64,000 nucleotides of DNA, taken from the NCBI GenBank assembly GCA_963724765.1, contig CAVRVY010000004.1, forward strand, positions 640,001 through 704,000. Direction: 5' to 3'. Shown piece by piece: positions 19,070-28,846 of the stretch. The notes beneath the pieces were generated by a model that saw nothing but the letters and a program-made list of their open reading frames with translations, was not told the DNA's origin and made no database searches. How positions within the stretch are numbered: the first letter of the stretch is position 1; each line of letters starts with the position of its first letter. This stretch comes from an uncultured delta proteobacterium. Its GTDB lineage: Bacteria; Desulfobacterota; Binatia; Binatales; Binataceae. The translations under genes were made by a program, and so were the position numbers.

Positions 19070-19684
19070 CTATGGATGGACCGTGAGCACAGTAAAATTC
19101 TTGTCGGTCAGCATCCGAGCCACTCGATCTGCGTCAGCCGCGCGCAAACGCAGGTAAACCACCCTGCCTCTGCCTTCCGTTTGCTCGCCCCGATAGGTGC
19201 CCATTCCGAGAATCTCCCCATTCTCCTGGGCTACCAGCTGAGCGATTGTCGCAAGCTCAGAGGAGTCTCCCTCGAGCGACAGGTCGATTCTCGCAACGCC
19301 TTCTTCCGTGGTGCCGAGCACTTCGGCGAAGGCCCGCAGCAAGTCTGTCGCAGTGATGATTCCGACCAGCTTGTCGCGGTCGACGACAGGCAGCGCGCCG
19401 ATCTTGTGTTTGACCAGCAGGTTGGCCGCCTCCTCAAGCACGGTTGTGGGAGTCACGCTCACCACCGAGGTAGTCATTGCGCCATTGACCTTGACTCGCG
19501 ACAGAGCGCCCGTGTGTTGGCGCAGGTCGCGGTCACTCACGATGCCGACAAGTTTGCCGCCGTCGACCACGGGCACGCGATGAAAGTTTCGCTTGTCCAT
19601 CATCTGCCGGACCGTCGCGAGCGTGTCTTTTGATTCTACGACGACAGGATCTTTAGTCATCCAACGAGCTACGTTCATTAGCAT
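19070..19684 (-). CDS. CBS-pair plus ACT-like domain protein (AcuB-like)
   Basis: WMTKDP, VPVVDGGKLVGIVSDRDL, KIGALPVV..GIITATDLL, C-terminal ACT-like segment. Confidence 0.88.
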   Translation of the reverse strand: MLMNVARWMTKDPVVVESKDTLATVRQMMDKRNFHRVPVVDGGKLVGIVSDRDLRQHTGALSRVKVNGAMTTSVVSVTPTTVLEEAANLLVKHKIGALPVVDRDKLVGIITATDLLRAFAEVLGTTEEGVARIDLSLEGDSSELATIAQLVAQENGEILGMGTYRGEQTEGRGRVVYLRLRAADADRVARMLTDKNFTVLTVHP

Positions 19685-19744
19685 TCCCCTTATGGCTTCG
19701 TGTTTCTTATCGTCATCACACCGGCTGCGGGTTGGCAGGAACCA

Positions 19745-21001
19745 TCAGCGGTTGCCGCCCATTTCCTGTGACCACACAAGATCCGAATGGTTACTTAGGG
19801 GAATCATTTTTTGCGCGGCATTGTGTATGCTGAGCCCGTAGCGGTCGATCCTCGCATAGAGCTTCTTGCGAGATATTTTCAGAAGGCGCGCCGCTTGCAC
19901 CTTGTTTCCCCCAGTGCGCTCGAGCGCTTTGGTGATAACCTTGCGTTCGAATTCGGCATAGCTGCCGGAGCTCTCGATGGTCGTGGGCTCGTCATTGGGG
20001 TCTTCTTCGCTCGCCACTATTGTCGAGGAGATTGCGTGCGGCGCGGCTCGCCAGGCGTTCACGATCCTGGAGGGCAGATCATCCAGCGTAATGGTGGCGG
20101 AGGTACCGAATGTAAAGGCCGATTCGATCGTGTTGGCAAGCTCGCGGACGTTGCCGGGCCAATCGTACACTTGCAACGCCGCCATCGCTTCGGCGGCGAC
20201 GCCTACCAGAAACTTCCCGCCCTCGTTGCGCTCGTTGAGCAGCTTCAGGAAATGCTGAGCAAGCGTCGCAATATCGTCTGAACGCCCGCGCAGCGGCGCG
20301 ATTTCCAACACGTTCACTTGCAAACGATAATAGAGGTCGGCGCGCAACTGGCCCGTGCGGGCGGCCTCGGCCGGATCGCGATTGGTCGACGCAATGAGTC
20401 TGATGTCGACGGGGGTCTCGTGTGTCGAGCCGACAGGCCTCACGGCTCGTTCCTGGATCGCACGCAGCAGCTTCGCCTGCAGGTCCGGGCTCATCTCAGT
20501 AATCTCGTCCAGGAAGACCGTGCCGCCGTGTGCGGCGCGCAGGAGTCCCGGATGATCGGCGTTTGCGCCGCTGAAAGCTCCGCGCCGATGGCCGAACAGT
20601 TCGCTTTCGATTAGGTCTCTCGGAATCGCGGCGCAGTTAAAGGGAACGAATGATCCTCGCTGCGCGCCGCATTCATGGACGGCGCGCGCCACCAGCTCCT
20701 TACCGGTTCCGCTCTCGCCAACGATAAGGACGGTCGAGCGGGTGGCGGCGACCGCTTCAATCCGGCGAAACAGCCGCCGCATCGCAGCATTCGACCCGAG
20801 CAGACCGTGAAATGGCGTTGCTGCTTCCGCCTCGATGCCCGCGAAGCCCGCGGAAAGGTTCCCGTCAAACTGAGGTTGTCGGTCTTCTTCAGCCGAAGTT
20901 GCATTGATAGGCATGTGCCGCAAGGGAGCATACGACGTGCCATGTGTTTCCTTTCGATGCAAGCTCAGGATTTCCATCCGAGCATCGGAAACATGCGACA
21001 T
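19745..21001 (-). CDS. Sigma-54 enhancer-binding protein (AAA+ plus Fis HTH), no recognisable sensor domain
   Basis: GESGTGKE, ESELFGH, GAFSGA, FLDEI, RADLYYRL, WPGNVREL, GGNKVQAARLLKISRKKLY. Confidence 0.93.
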   Translation of the reverse strand: MSHVSDARMEILSLHRKETHGTSYAPLRHMPINATSAEEDRQPQFDGNLSAGFAGIEAEAATPFHGLLGSNAAMRRLFRRIEAVAATRSTVLIVGESGTGKELVARAVHECGAQRGSFVPFNCAAIPRDLIESELFGHRRGAFSGANADHPGLLRAAHGGTVFLDEITEMSPDLQAKLLRAIQERAVRPVGSTHETPVDIRLIASTNRDPAEAARTGQLRADLYYRLQVNVLEIAPLRGRSDDIATLAQHFLKLLNERNEGGKFLVGVAAEAMAALQVYDWPGNVRELANTIESAFTFGTSATITLDDLPSRIVNAWRAAPHAISSTIVASEEDPNDEPTTIESSGSYAEFERKVITKALERTGGNKVQAARLLKISRKKLYARIDRYGLSIHNAAQKMIPLSNHSDLVWSQEMGGNR

Positions 21002-21092
21002 CGATGCCTCACCTTGGGGAATGGAGTCCGCACCATCGCCTCGGGCTCGAACCCCTCAAGCGCCGCTTCGCCGCGCCGCAATGCGTCGCGCC

Positions 21093-21420
21093 TCACTCAG
21101 AGACCAGGATGCGGGGCTCGAGCCGAACGAATGCTGAAAGCGATGCGGAGAGGAAGCAGGCCTTGGCGCTCTTCTCCAGCACGCGCGCGGCCGCGCCGGG
21201 ATCGGAGCCAGCCGGCAAGCTAAGCACCGGTCTCAGCACGACCTCCGTGATGCGAACTACGCCCTCTTTACGTTCGAGCATTCCCTCGCCCAGGATGTCG
21301 ATCGACGTGTATCGACCTTGGAAGTAGCCGCCACCGCGCGCAGCGTGAACAGAAAGCAGCTTTCGACTGCTGCCACCAGGAGCTGTTCAGGGCTCCAGGC
21401 ATCTCCGGGGCCAGGGAGCG
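21093..21420 (-). pseudogene. OsmC/Ohr-family remnant (5'-truncated, frameshifted)
   Basis: GPGDAWSPEQLLVAAVESCFLFT, frameshift, then GMLERKEGVVRITEVVLRP..LEKSAKACFLSASL. Confidence 0.8.
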
Positions 21421-21431
21421 GCCTCAAGGGA

Positions 21432-21447
21432 TGGCTTATGTTTTGCT
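21432..21447 (+). promoter_or_regulatory. Sigma-54 promoter candidate for polX
   Basis: TGGCTTATGTTTTGCT. Confidence 0.7.
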
Positions 21448-21502
21448 CACGCGAAAGTAGTGCGTAACCCTTTGGTGTAGGACCGGCCGTCGAGTGACCG
21501 CG

Positions 21503-23206
21503 ATGATGCAAAACGAGGAAGTGGCAAAAGTTCTCGACGAGATCGGCGACATGCTCGAGGTCGAAGGGGAGAACTTTTTTCGGGTGCGCGCGTATCGGAA
21601 TGCCGCCCGCTCGGTGCGCGACCAGCCCGTTGCAGTTGCCGAGCTCTCTCCTCAACAGCTCGACGAAATTCCCGGAATCGGAGCGGACCTGGCCGGCAAG
21701 ATAAGTACGTTGATCAAGACCGGCGAACTGCCGCTGCATCGAGAGCTTGCTGAGAAATTTCCGCCTGCGCTCCTTGAATTGAGAGACATTTCCGGCCTCG
21801 GCCCCAAACGGCTCAAGCTGTTGATCGACCGCCTAGATATTCACGGCAAAGATGACCTCGAACGCGAAGCCAAGGCCGGGACGTTGCGCAAGCTCCGGGG
21901 CTTCGGGGCCAAAATGGAGGAAAGGATTCTCGAATCGCTGGCCCGTCGGGAACACGCAGCGGACAAACGGATTTCGTATGCGGAGGCGACGCGGATCGCC
22001 GACCGTCTCGTCGCGCATCTGCGCAAATGCCGCGCGGTCGAGCAACTTGAGGTCGCGGGCAGCTTTCGTCGCAGGCGCGAGACAGTGGGCGATCTCGATT
22101 TGCTGGCGGCTGCCGCGCGTCCCGACCCTGTCATGAAGCAGTTCGCAAGTTTCCCGGACGTGACAAAAGTTACCGGCTCCGGCGAGACCAAGGCCAGCAT
22201 GGTACTCAGGGGCGGCCTGCAAGTTGACCTTCGCGTAGTGCCGCAAGATAGTTTCGGCGCCGCGCTCATGTACTTCACCGGCTCGAAGTCCCACAACGTT
22301 CACCTTCGCCGCATCGCGCAGGCGCGCGGGCTTCTGCTCAACGAGTACGGGCTCTTTCGGGGCCGCTCGACGATCGCGGGAAAGACCGAGGAGCAGGTCT
22401 ATAAGACGCTCGGCCTTCCGTGGATGCCGCCGGAACTTCGCGAGGACCGCGGAGAGATCGAAGCGGCGCAATCAGGCCGCTTACCCAGCCTTCTAAGCCG
22501 AAGCGATCTTCGCGGAGATCTCCACACGCATTCGACTTACACGGACGGGCGAAGCTCGATTGAAGAGATGGCGCGCAAGGCAGGCGAGATGGGGCTTGAG
22601 TATTTCGCCGTCACCGACCATTCGCGGCGCATCGCGATGGCGCATGGGCTGGACCCCAAGCGGCTGCGCGAGCAGGGACGCGAGATCGAACGGATCGGAG
22701 GAAGCCTGCGCGGTATAAAACTGCTTCGCGGCATCGAGGTAGATATTCTCGACGATGGAAGCCTCGACCTGCCGGATCACGTGTTGGCCGAGCTCGATTG
22801 GGTGGTCGCCTCCGTCCACTATAAGCTGGAACAGAATCCGCGCGAGATGACGCGGCGGTTGATCAAGGCGATTCGCAATCCAAACGTCGACGTGATCGGC
22901 CATCCGAGCGGCCGTCTAATCGGACATCGGGAACCAAGTGAATTCGACCTGGGAGAGGTATTGCGCGTGGCGCGCGAGGAGAGGTGCGCGCTCGAGGTAA
23001 ATTCGCAACCCGAGCGGCTCGATCTCACCGACACCGCGTGCATCGCCGCCAAGCATGCCGGCGTGAAGCTCGTGGTATCGAGTGACGCGCATTCGCCGCG
23101 AGATTTCGAGCTGCTGGAGTACGGCGTGAACCAGGCGCGGCGCGGATGGATCGAGGCTGACGACGTCCTGAACACGCGAACTCTCAAGTCACTGCGGCAG
23201 CGCTAG
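21503..23206 (+). CDS. polX: DNA polymerase X with PHP domain
   Basis: FRVRAYR, AGSFRR, GDLD and QVDLR catalytic Asp, YFTGSK, NEYGLF; PHP motifs DLHTHS, TDHS, GIEVD, IGHP, SDAH. Confidence 0.95.
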   Translation: MMQNEEVAKVLDEIGDMLEVEGENFFRVRAYRNAARSVRDQPVAVAELSPQQLDEIPGIGADLAGKISTLIKTGELPLHRELAEKFPPALLELRDISGLGPKRLKLLIDRLDIHGKDDLEREAKAGTLRKLRGFGAKMEERILESLARREHAADKRISYAEATRIADRLVAHLRKCRAVEQLEVAGSFRRRRETVGDLDLLAAAARPDPVMKQFASFPDVTKVTGSGETKASMVLRGGLQVDLRVVPQDSFGAALMYFTGSKSHNVHLRRIAQARGLLLNEYGLFRGRSTIAGKTEEQVYKTLGLPWMPPELREDRGEIEAAQSGRLPSLLSRSDLRGDLHTHSTYTDGRSSIEEMARKAGEMGLEYFAVTDHSRRIAMAHGLDPKRLREQGREIERIGGSLRGIKLLRGIEVDILDDGSLDLPDHVLAELDWVVASVHYKLEQNPREMTRRLIKAIRNPNVDVIGHPSGRLIGHREPSEFDLGEVLRVAREERCALEVNSQPERLDLTDTACIAAKHAGVKLVVSSDAHSPRDFELLEYGVNQARRGWIEADDVLNTRTLKSLRQR

Positions 23207-23273
23207 GATGACGCGTCGCCGCGTCTCGCGCTACCACGAGCGTGAGACGGGCGCGGAGAAGAGGCAGGTCGCT

Positions 23274-23732
23274 TCAGGCGTGTGCGACCTTCTCGATGTG
23301 CTCACGCAGTTTCATCGTCCGGTCCGAAAGGCGCCTGTGGGCCTCCTCGCCGACCTCGAGTTCGGCTTTGATCGCGTTGAGGGGCTCGCCAAGTGCGCGG
23401 ACCCGTACCCTTAGTGCTCCGACCTGCAGATTGGCCTCGCGCTGCATGCCATCCAAATCCTTCAGCTCGTCCTCGAGGGTCGATATGAGAGCGGAATCGG
23501 CGCGGCCACGAACGAGGTCACTTATGTGATCTCGCAGCGCCTTTGCTTCCGTGGCAATGCGCTCGTGTTTCTGGATGGCAGCCGACTCCTGCGCCATGAC
23601 TACGTCGATCGCCAGTTGTGCCTGCTCCGCCTTTTCCCGAAGTTTCGCCATGCTGGCCGTATAAGTGATGCCGCTTTCGGTCAGCTTTCTCATTCCTTCC
23701 TGAAGGGCCCTAAGTAGTGTCTCGTTTTCCAT
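23274..23732 (-). CDS. Coiled-coil hypothetical protein
   Basis: RBS GAGGGG; heptad-rich E/K/R/L/A sequence; follows the PRTase fusion gene. Confidence 0.7.
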   Translation of the reverse strand: MENETLLRALQEGMRKLTESGITYTASMAKLREKAEQAQLAIDVVMAQESAAIQKHERIATEAKALRDHISDLVRGRADSALISTLEDELKDLDGMQREANLQVGALRVRVRALGEPLNAIKAELEVGEEAHRRLSDRTMKLREHIEKVAHA

Positions 23733-23757
23733 GGTCTTCCCCTCGTGGTTCCTGATG

Positions 23758-25098
23758 CTACGCGTGAAGGCGCCATTCCGCGGCGCGCCTGGCGGCAAGA
23801 ATCCGCTTGACCTCGTCGTCACCGACCTGGTGGAAATCCCGGTAGAATTGCCCTACGGCAAAGAAGTCCTCCGGGGTCTCAAGGCAAACGATCTCGTCGG
23901 TATCGCCGCGCAGCGCTTCTAGAGTTTCCGCAGGCGCGACCGGAATCGCCAGTATGAGCTTCTTCGGTTTCGCCCGGCGAACTCCCCGAAGCGCGGCTCG
24001 CACCGATGATCCTGTAGCGATTCCGTCGTCGACGACGATCACCGTTTTGCCCGCGAGCGCAACTGACGGCTCCCCGCCGCGATACGCAATCTCACGGCGT
24101 TTTATCTCTTTGAGCTGTCGCTCGATTTCGCGCGTGATATATTCGTCCTCGACGCCCAGCGATTCGATCACTCCCTGGTTGAAAATCGCGCGTGGATGAT
24201 CGCCGTCGACAACTGCGCCAATTCCGAGTTCTGGTTGGCCGGGCGCGCCGAGCTTTCGCACCACCACGATATCGAGGGGCGCTTGCAGAGCATCCGCGAC
24301 CTCGCGCGCCACGGGCAGCCCGCCCCGCGGAATGCCGAGCACGACCACATCCTTGCCCTTATAGGAGGAAAGCGCGGCTGCCAGCATCCGCCCCGCTTCA
24401 ACGCGGCTTGAAAACACAATCGGATCTCCGGCTGAGACGTGGGCTAGTGGCGCGCCTTTCATGTGGAGGACAAACCAATCGCTTGCGAGTTCTGCCACTT
24501 GCTCCAGCGTCCCTGATTCCTCGAACAAGTGGGTGGCGCCGGGCACGATCTTGAACGATTTGTGGCAGCGCAGCAGATTGTACGCCCTCTCGTTGAGCTC
24601 GATCACACCATAGTCCCGGCCACCCACGATAAGCAGGGTCGGCGCTCTGACCTCGGCGAGATGCCGAAGGGCAAGGTCGGGACGGCCTCCGCGCGAAACG
24701 ACAGCGCAGACCATAGGATCCTGGGCTGCCGCCGCCAGCGCAGCTGCGGCACCGGTGCTGGCACCGAAATATCCTACTGCATAGCCTCTCGCGTCCCGCC
24801 TTGCTCTCAGCCACCTCGTCGCGTCGCCAAGCCGATGCGCGAGGAAATCGATGTCGAAAACGTTCTCACGGTCAGCCGCCTCCTCGTCCGTGAGAAGATC
24901 CAGTAGCAGCGTGCCGATTCCGGCATTCTGAAGCGTCTGCGCGACGAGTTGGTTACGAGGGCTCAGGCGGCTGCTGCCACTGCCATGGGCGAACAAGACC
25001 ACCCCCATGGCGCCCTCAGGAATCGCCAGTTCACCCTCCAGGCGCACTGAATCCGAAGGTATGAGCTCCTGACTTCGGGCTATATGTTGCTTGGTCAT
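23758..25098 (-). CDS. Dienelactone-hydrolase-like alpha/beta hydrolase fused to phosphoribosyltransferase
   Basis: FAHGSGSSR, GYFGASTG, SRGGRPDL, PGATHLFEE; then GIPRGG, VRKLGAPGQPE, VVDDGIATG, AVGQFYRDFHQV. Confidence 0.92.
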   Translation of the reverse strand: MTKQHIARSQELIPSDSVRLEGELAIPEGAMGVVLFAHGSGSSRLSPRNQLVAQTLQNAGIGTLLLDLLTDEEAADRENVFDIDFLAHRLGDATRWLRARRDARGYAVGYFGASTGAAAALAAAAQDPMVCAVVSRGGRPDLALRHLAEVRAPTLLIVGGRDYGVIELNERAYNLLRCHKSFKIVPGATHLFEESGTLEQVAELASDWFVLHMKGAPLAHVSAGDPIVFSSRVEAGRMLAAALSSYKGKDVVVLGIPRGGLPVAREVADALQAPLDIVVVRKLGAPGQPELGIGAVVDGDHPRAIFNQGVIESLGVEDEYITREIERQLKEIKRREIAYRGGEPSVALAGKTVIVVDDGIATGSSVRAALRGVRRAKPKKLILAIPVAPAETLEALRGDTDEIVCLETPEDFFAVGQFYRDFHQVGDDEVKRILAARRAAEWRLHA

Positions 25099-25121
25099 GG
25101 CAAATACTCAATAGGCCTCTG

Positions 25122-25137
25122 AGCATCAGACGTGCCA
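25122..25137 (-). promoter_or_regulatory. Sigma-54 promoter candidate
   Basis: TGGCACGTCTGATGCT, near-consensus, 23 bp before ATG 25098. Confidence 0.75.
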
Positions 25138-25185
25138 CCGGAGGCGACGTTCGATTCGGCCGTTCCGAACCATTCGCAGATCCGC

Positions 25186-25223
25186 CCTGCCGAAAGGAGA
25201 CACCGCTGGTGCCATAGGAGTCA
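25186..25223. promoter_or_regulatory. Tandem UAS candidates
   Basis: CCTGCCGAAAGGAGACA (25186-25202, partial) and TGGTGCCATAGGAGTCA (25207-25223), 21 bp apart. Confidence 0.5.
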
Positions 25224-25261
25224 TCATTCTGAACCGAAAGTGCCGGGTCATTGCCTCGATC

Positions 25262-25567
25262 TCACGACTCTCCTTCAAGGCCCTCCGGGTTCTCTACTTC
25301 GGTGATAACGACAGCCTCAACGTCGGAGCCCGGCTCTTCGCTCTCGCCCATCAGGTCCCGTAGATCGTTCGCGATCTCGCGTAGTTCGCCCGTAATCGCC
25401 GCCAAATCAGCAATCGCAACGGCAAGGAAATCCCGCTCGGCGGGCTCCCGGGCCGCAATAGCCTTTCGTGCAGGGGCCCTCTCTCGCGCCATCTTCGCGA
25501 CCCGTTTCGCAGCCTTGGCCGGTTTCTTGGTCGCCGCAGGCTTCGTCCTTACTTTTAACTTTTTCAT
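25262..25567 (-). CDS. Hypothetical protein with K/A-rich basic N-terminus and acidic C-terminus
   Basis: RBS GGAGAG; MKKLKVRTKPAATKKPAKAAKR, an amphipathic helix, then EEPGSDVE..ENPEGLEGES. Confidence 0.7.
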   Translation of the reverse strand: MKKLKVRTKPAATKKPAKAAKRVAKMARERAPARKAIAAREPAERDFLAVAIADLAAITGELREIANDLRDLMGESEEPGSDVEAVVITEVENPEGLEGES

Positions 25568-25797
25568 GGTTTTCTCTCCCGCACTTCTCCAACAAGCAAG
25601 AACCGCATCCACGAAGTCGCGGCTCACGCGGACGGCGAGCCGATCCGATGTCCTACGTCAAAGGCCGATAAATTTGCGAGCACATGCGAGCAGCCTCGGT
25701 CACGGAGTGGCCGGCGCATTTGCCGACGCGGGATCCAGTTCGGCTCCTGCGACGTGTCCGGTGCGGAAGACGGTCTGCTACTTCTGCGGTGGCTCTG

Positions 25798-26253
25798 TTA
25801 CTTTTCCTGGATAGACTTGATGTAGTACACAAGAAGCTTGATTCTTGTGTCGACTTCATACTGGCTGCGCTTCGTGCTATTACCGAGACCGCCCTTGGCA
25901 AACGCCAGGCCCCAAATGGGCATCTCGCTGGTCCCATGCGCGGCAACCATCTCGCTGCCGTCGATATATTTCCGGACCCACTCCTCCGGAAATGTTCCGG
26001 CGTGGCCTTTTGTAATCTGCGTCAAGTCGGCTGGTTTCTTCGTCAGTACGGCGGCCACGGGGCCGTCGCCCTTCCCGTTCGGTCCGTGGCATTGAGCGCA
26101 ATAGCGGCGGTATTCGAGCTTGCCAGTAGTCACTTTTCCCGGAGGCACCATCTCAGGTTGTTCACCTTCCTGGGCCCATCCCGCGGCGGTAATCCCAAGT
26201 GCCATGCAGAGGACGAGAGAAGCAACCGGGAATAGCCATTTGATTCGGCACAT
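25798..26253 (-). CDS. Monoheme cytochrome c
   Basis: Signal peptide, CAQCH, PADLT, HGTSEMPIWG, YIKSIQ. Confidence 0.9.
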   Translation of the reverse strand: MCRIKWLFPVASLVLCMALGITAAGWAQEGEQPEMVPPGKVTTGKLEYRRYCAQCHGPNGKGDGPVAAVLTKKPADLTQITKGHAGTFPEEWVRKYIDGSEMVAAHGTSEMPIWGLAFAKGGLGNSTKRSQYEVDTRIKLLVYYIKSIQEK

Positions 26254-26379
26254 GTCTCGTAACTCCGTTAGTCTTTGTACCAGGCGCTCGGCGCACACCC
26301 GATGACGCCAATCGCAGAGGCGCGGAAAGACCTTCCCGCGCAGAGCAGCCTGTTCAAGGCGACAGGTCACCACCGAAAA

Positions 26380-26802
26380 TTACTTTGCCTGGATAGACTG
26401 AATGTATTGAACAATCTCTTGGGCGCTCCCTCGCACCGCCGTTTCGCGAGTATGGACGGCCGGGCTCTCGGCCTTAAAGCGCTCTCCCCAAACCGGCATG
26501 TCGCTGGTACCGTGAGCTCTCACCTCATCGCGCCCATCAATTGCACGCATGACCTTCACGCCAGGGAAGGTTCCTCCGTTTTGCTTGGCGATCTGCGTGA
26601 GGTCGGCAGGCTTCTTGGTGAGCAAATTGGCAAGCGGCCCATCACCCTTTGCATCAGTGCCGTGGCAGCTTGAGCAATACTGCTCGAACCTCGCCTTTCC
26701 AGTTGCGGCTTGTTGCGCCGACGAGGCACCCGGTAACACGCAGACGAACGTCACTACTGCCCAGGTGAGTGAAAAGCGGGACATAGGATTCCTGTCAGCC
26801 AT
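26380..26802 (-). CDS. Monoheme cytochrome c
   Basis: Signal peptide, CSSCH, PADLT, HGTSDMPVWG, YIQSIQ. Confidence 0.9.
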   Translation of the reverse strand: MADRNPMSRFSLTWAVVTFVCVLPGASSAQQAATGKARFEQYCSSCHGTDAKGDGPLANLLTKKPADLTQIAKQNGGTFPGVKVMRAIDGRDEVRAHGTSDMPVWGERFKAESPAVHTRETAVRGSAQEIVQYIQSIQAK

Positions 26803-26878
26803 TTCCAAAACCCTCCTGTTAAAGATCGCTGCGAAACGACAACTCTAACGAAAACGAACAGAATCATCGCGCATGGAA

Positions 26879-26894
26879 AGCAATCTTTAGGCCA
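26879..26894 (-). promoter_or_regulatory. Sigma-54 promoter candidate for cytochrome c pair
   Basis: TGGCCTAAAGATTGCT. Confidence 0.7.
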
Positions 26895-27227
26895 GTTCCC
26901 TGTGGAGCGAGCATTACAATAGATTTGTCGTGCGCAGAGCGGGGCCTGACGCATGAATGCTCGGGTGCGGCGCGGGCGAATTGCACCATCCAAACCTTCC
27001 TCTGTATCCAAAGGGAACAACCCGCACAGCGTGCGGTGGTGTTTTATTGTTTTCGTGCGCGCTCACGCATCGAAGCGGCAAGGGTGCTGAAGCCGAGAGC
27101 TCAAAGTCTTCAACCGAGTTATCGTTCATGGACTAGCGGATTGTGGCTCTCCAGGTAGCACGCCGGCATTTCAGCGGCGCCGGCCTTTGGCCTTCCGTGG
27201 GTCTCTTCTATCGAAAGATCCTGCCCA

Positions 27228-27243
27228 TGGCACAGGGAATGCT
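27228..27243 (+). promoter_or_regulatory. Sigma-54 promoter candidate
   Basis: TGGCACAGGGAATGCT. Confidence 0.7.
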
Positions 27244-27276
27244 CTTTTGTGCCAGAGCGCATCGAAGGGGCCAACA

Positions 27277-27768
27277 ATGGGGAACAAACAAATACCGGAA
27301 GCTGCAACCAAAGAGTCGCAGATGAAGTTCACGCTGGCCAAGCTGGCAGAGGAGGACATCAAGCTGAGGCGCCCGATTCTGGAGGCAGCCTCAGCGGCGG
27401 CGAGGCTTACGCTCGATCCCGGCAACAAGGAACTTCGTGAGAAGGCCGCCAAGGCATGGGTGCGGATCGACTCCGTCATCGCCAGACACCTCGGCAAGGA
27501 GGAATATACGCTGCTGCCCTGGGCCGAGTCGCTTGCACACTTTCCTCATCACCTTGTCGACCGGGCGCGCAAAAAGCACGAACAAATTCTGGCGCTTCAC
27601 GACATCATCGCCACGCATTCCTTCGAAAAAGGGAGCAATGAGGCTGTCGCCGCGGAGGCGAGGAATCTTTGCGTCTACGCGACCACTCTGGACGACCTCA
27701 TAGCTGGCGAGGAGCGCGAACTATTCCCCGTGATGCGCCGTGTCCTGTTCCATCGGCCGCAACCCTGA
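27277..27768 (+). CDS. Hemerythrin/HHE-like protein (degenerate ligands)
   Basis: HLGKEEYTLLP, KKHEQI, LIAGEERELFP four-helix pattern. Confidence 0.7.
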   Translation: MGNKQIPEAATKESQMKFTLAKLAEEDIKLRRPILEAASAAARLTLDPGNKELREKAAKAWVRIDSVIARHLGKEEYTLLPWAESLAHFPHHLVDRARKKHEQILALHDIIATHSFEKGSNEAVAAEARNLCVYATTLDDLIAGEERELFPVMRRVLFHRPQP

Positions 27769-27853
27769 GCCACGACAGACGGCGCTCGTAACCACACCTG
27801 GAAAACGATCGAGAATCCCAGCGGGACTGACCCGTTGTTCCCAACCTGAGCAA

Positions 27854-27990
27854 AGAACGCTTCTCGATTTCTTCCGCTGCTTCGCCGACTCTCCGGCTGA
27901 GTTCGTCGTATACGACGACGGCTACCGGCGGTGAAGATACTTCTAGCGGCAGATCGCGACAGCCGTGTCGACCGCGTGCTGCATCGCCGC
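27854..27990 (+). pseudogene. Possible 5' remnant of an AMP-binding (acyl-CoA ligase-like) gene
   Basis: RTLLDFFRCFADSPAEFVVYDDGYRR*RYF*RQIA resembles N-termini of such ligases; in-frame stops. Confidence 0.35.
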
Positions 27991-28160
27991 TCCAGGATGA
28001 TTCATCCGGGTACTGTCGAAGTGGTGTTTGGATTGCCGATGGAGCTCGAAGGCGACGACTACGTCGCGCTGGCACGTAAGGTCGAGACAGCTGTATGCGC
28101 ATAGTGAGGTTTCGCAAATACCAAGGGTCATCACTGAGGTCGCTCTCTCAGCACGATTTA

Positions 28161-28176
28161 AGGCATGCTTCATGCT
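28161..28176 (+). promoter_or_regulatory. Sigma-54 promoter candidate
   Basis: AGGCATGCTTCATGCT upstream of GTG 28204. Confidence 0.55.
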
Positions 28177-28203
28177 TGATTGTCCGTTCGTAAGGATTCT
28201 GCA

Positions 28204-28776
28204 GTGGAAACTCACCCGGTAAATAGCCCCCGCATCCTTCGCAATCGACCCAGATCGGCAGCGGTGTTTGCAGGAGTATTGCTGGCGCTCGCGACGGCCA
28301 ACCTTCTCATGGCGCTGGCTGGGGGTCTTGGCCTTTGGACATTCGGAATCTTCAATCTCGAGGGTATGCGCAATATAAGCTTGGGTCTCGGCGTCTGGAC
28401 AATTGCCGCATGGACAATCGCCGGGTTTGTCGGCGGACTCGTCGCGGTGACAGTATCTAGCTCATTCATCCGGCACGACGCCTATGTCTATGGTTTGGTG
28501 ACTTGGGCTGCCACGTGCATAACGGCTCTTGTTCTCATGTGGACCTGGCTGATGGTTTGCGTGGCGTCCGGCATGGCATCAAGAGACATGGTCAGCGGTA
28601 TAGGCAGCAGGATCATGTTGGGTTTCTTCATCGCAAACCTCACGTCTTTCGCTGGCACACTTTTAGGCGCGGCTTTTGGCGCCCGGCGGCAGGGAGCGCT
28701 ATTGGACTCCGAGATTAAGGCTCACGGCTTTTCTGCAAAGGCTGGACGTGCGTTTAGGCCCAGAGAAAAAACGTAG
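28204..28776 (+). CDS. Four-TM membrane protein of unknown function
   Basis: RBS TAAGGA; SAAVFAGV..ALAGGLG, W..AGFVGG, YGLVTWA segments. Confidence 0.75.
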   Translation: METHPVNSPRILRNRPRSAAVFAGVLLALATANLLMALAGGLGLWTFGIFNLEGMRNISLGLGVWTIAAWTIAGFVGGLVAVTVSSSFIRHDAYVYGLVTWAATCITALVLMWTWLMVCVASGMASRDMVSGIGSRIMLGFFIANLTSFAGTLLGAAFGARRQGALLDSEIKAHGFSAKAGRAFRPREKT

Positions 28777-28846
28777 AGAAGCTTCCCGGTGTTCTCGTGG
28801 GGAGCGGGTAACTGGTGCCCTATTCGCATCAGCCTCTTCAAGAGTC

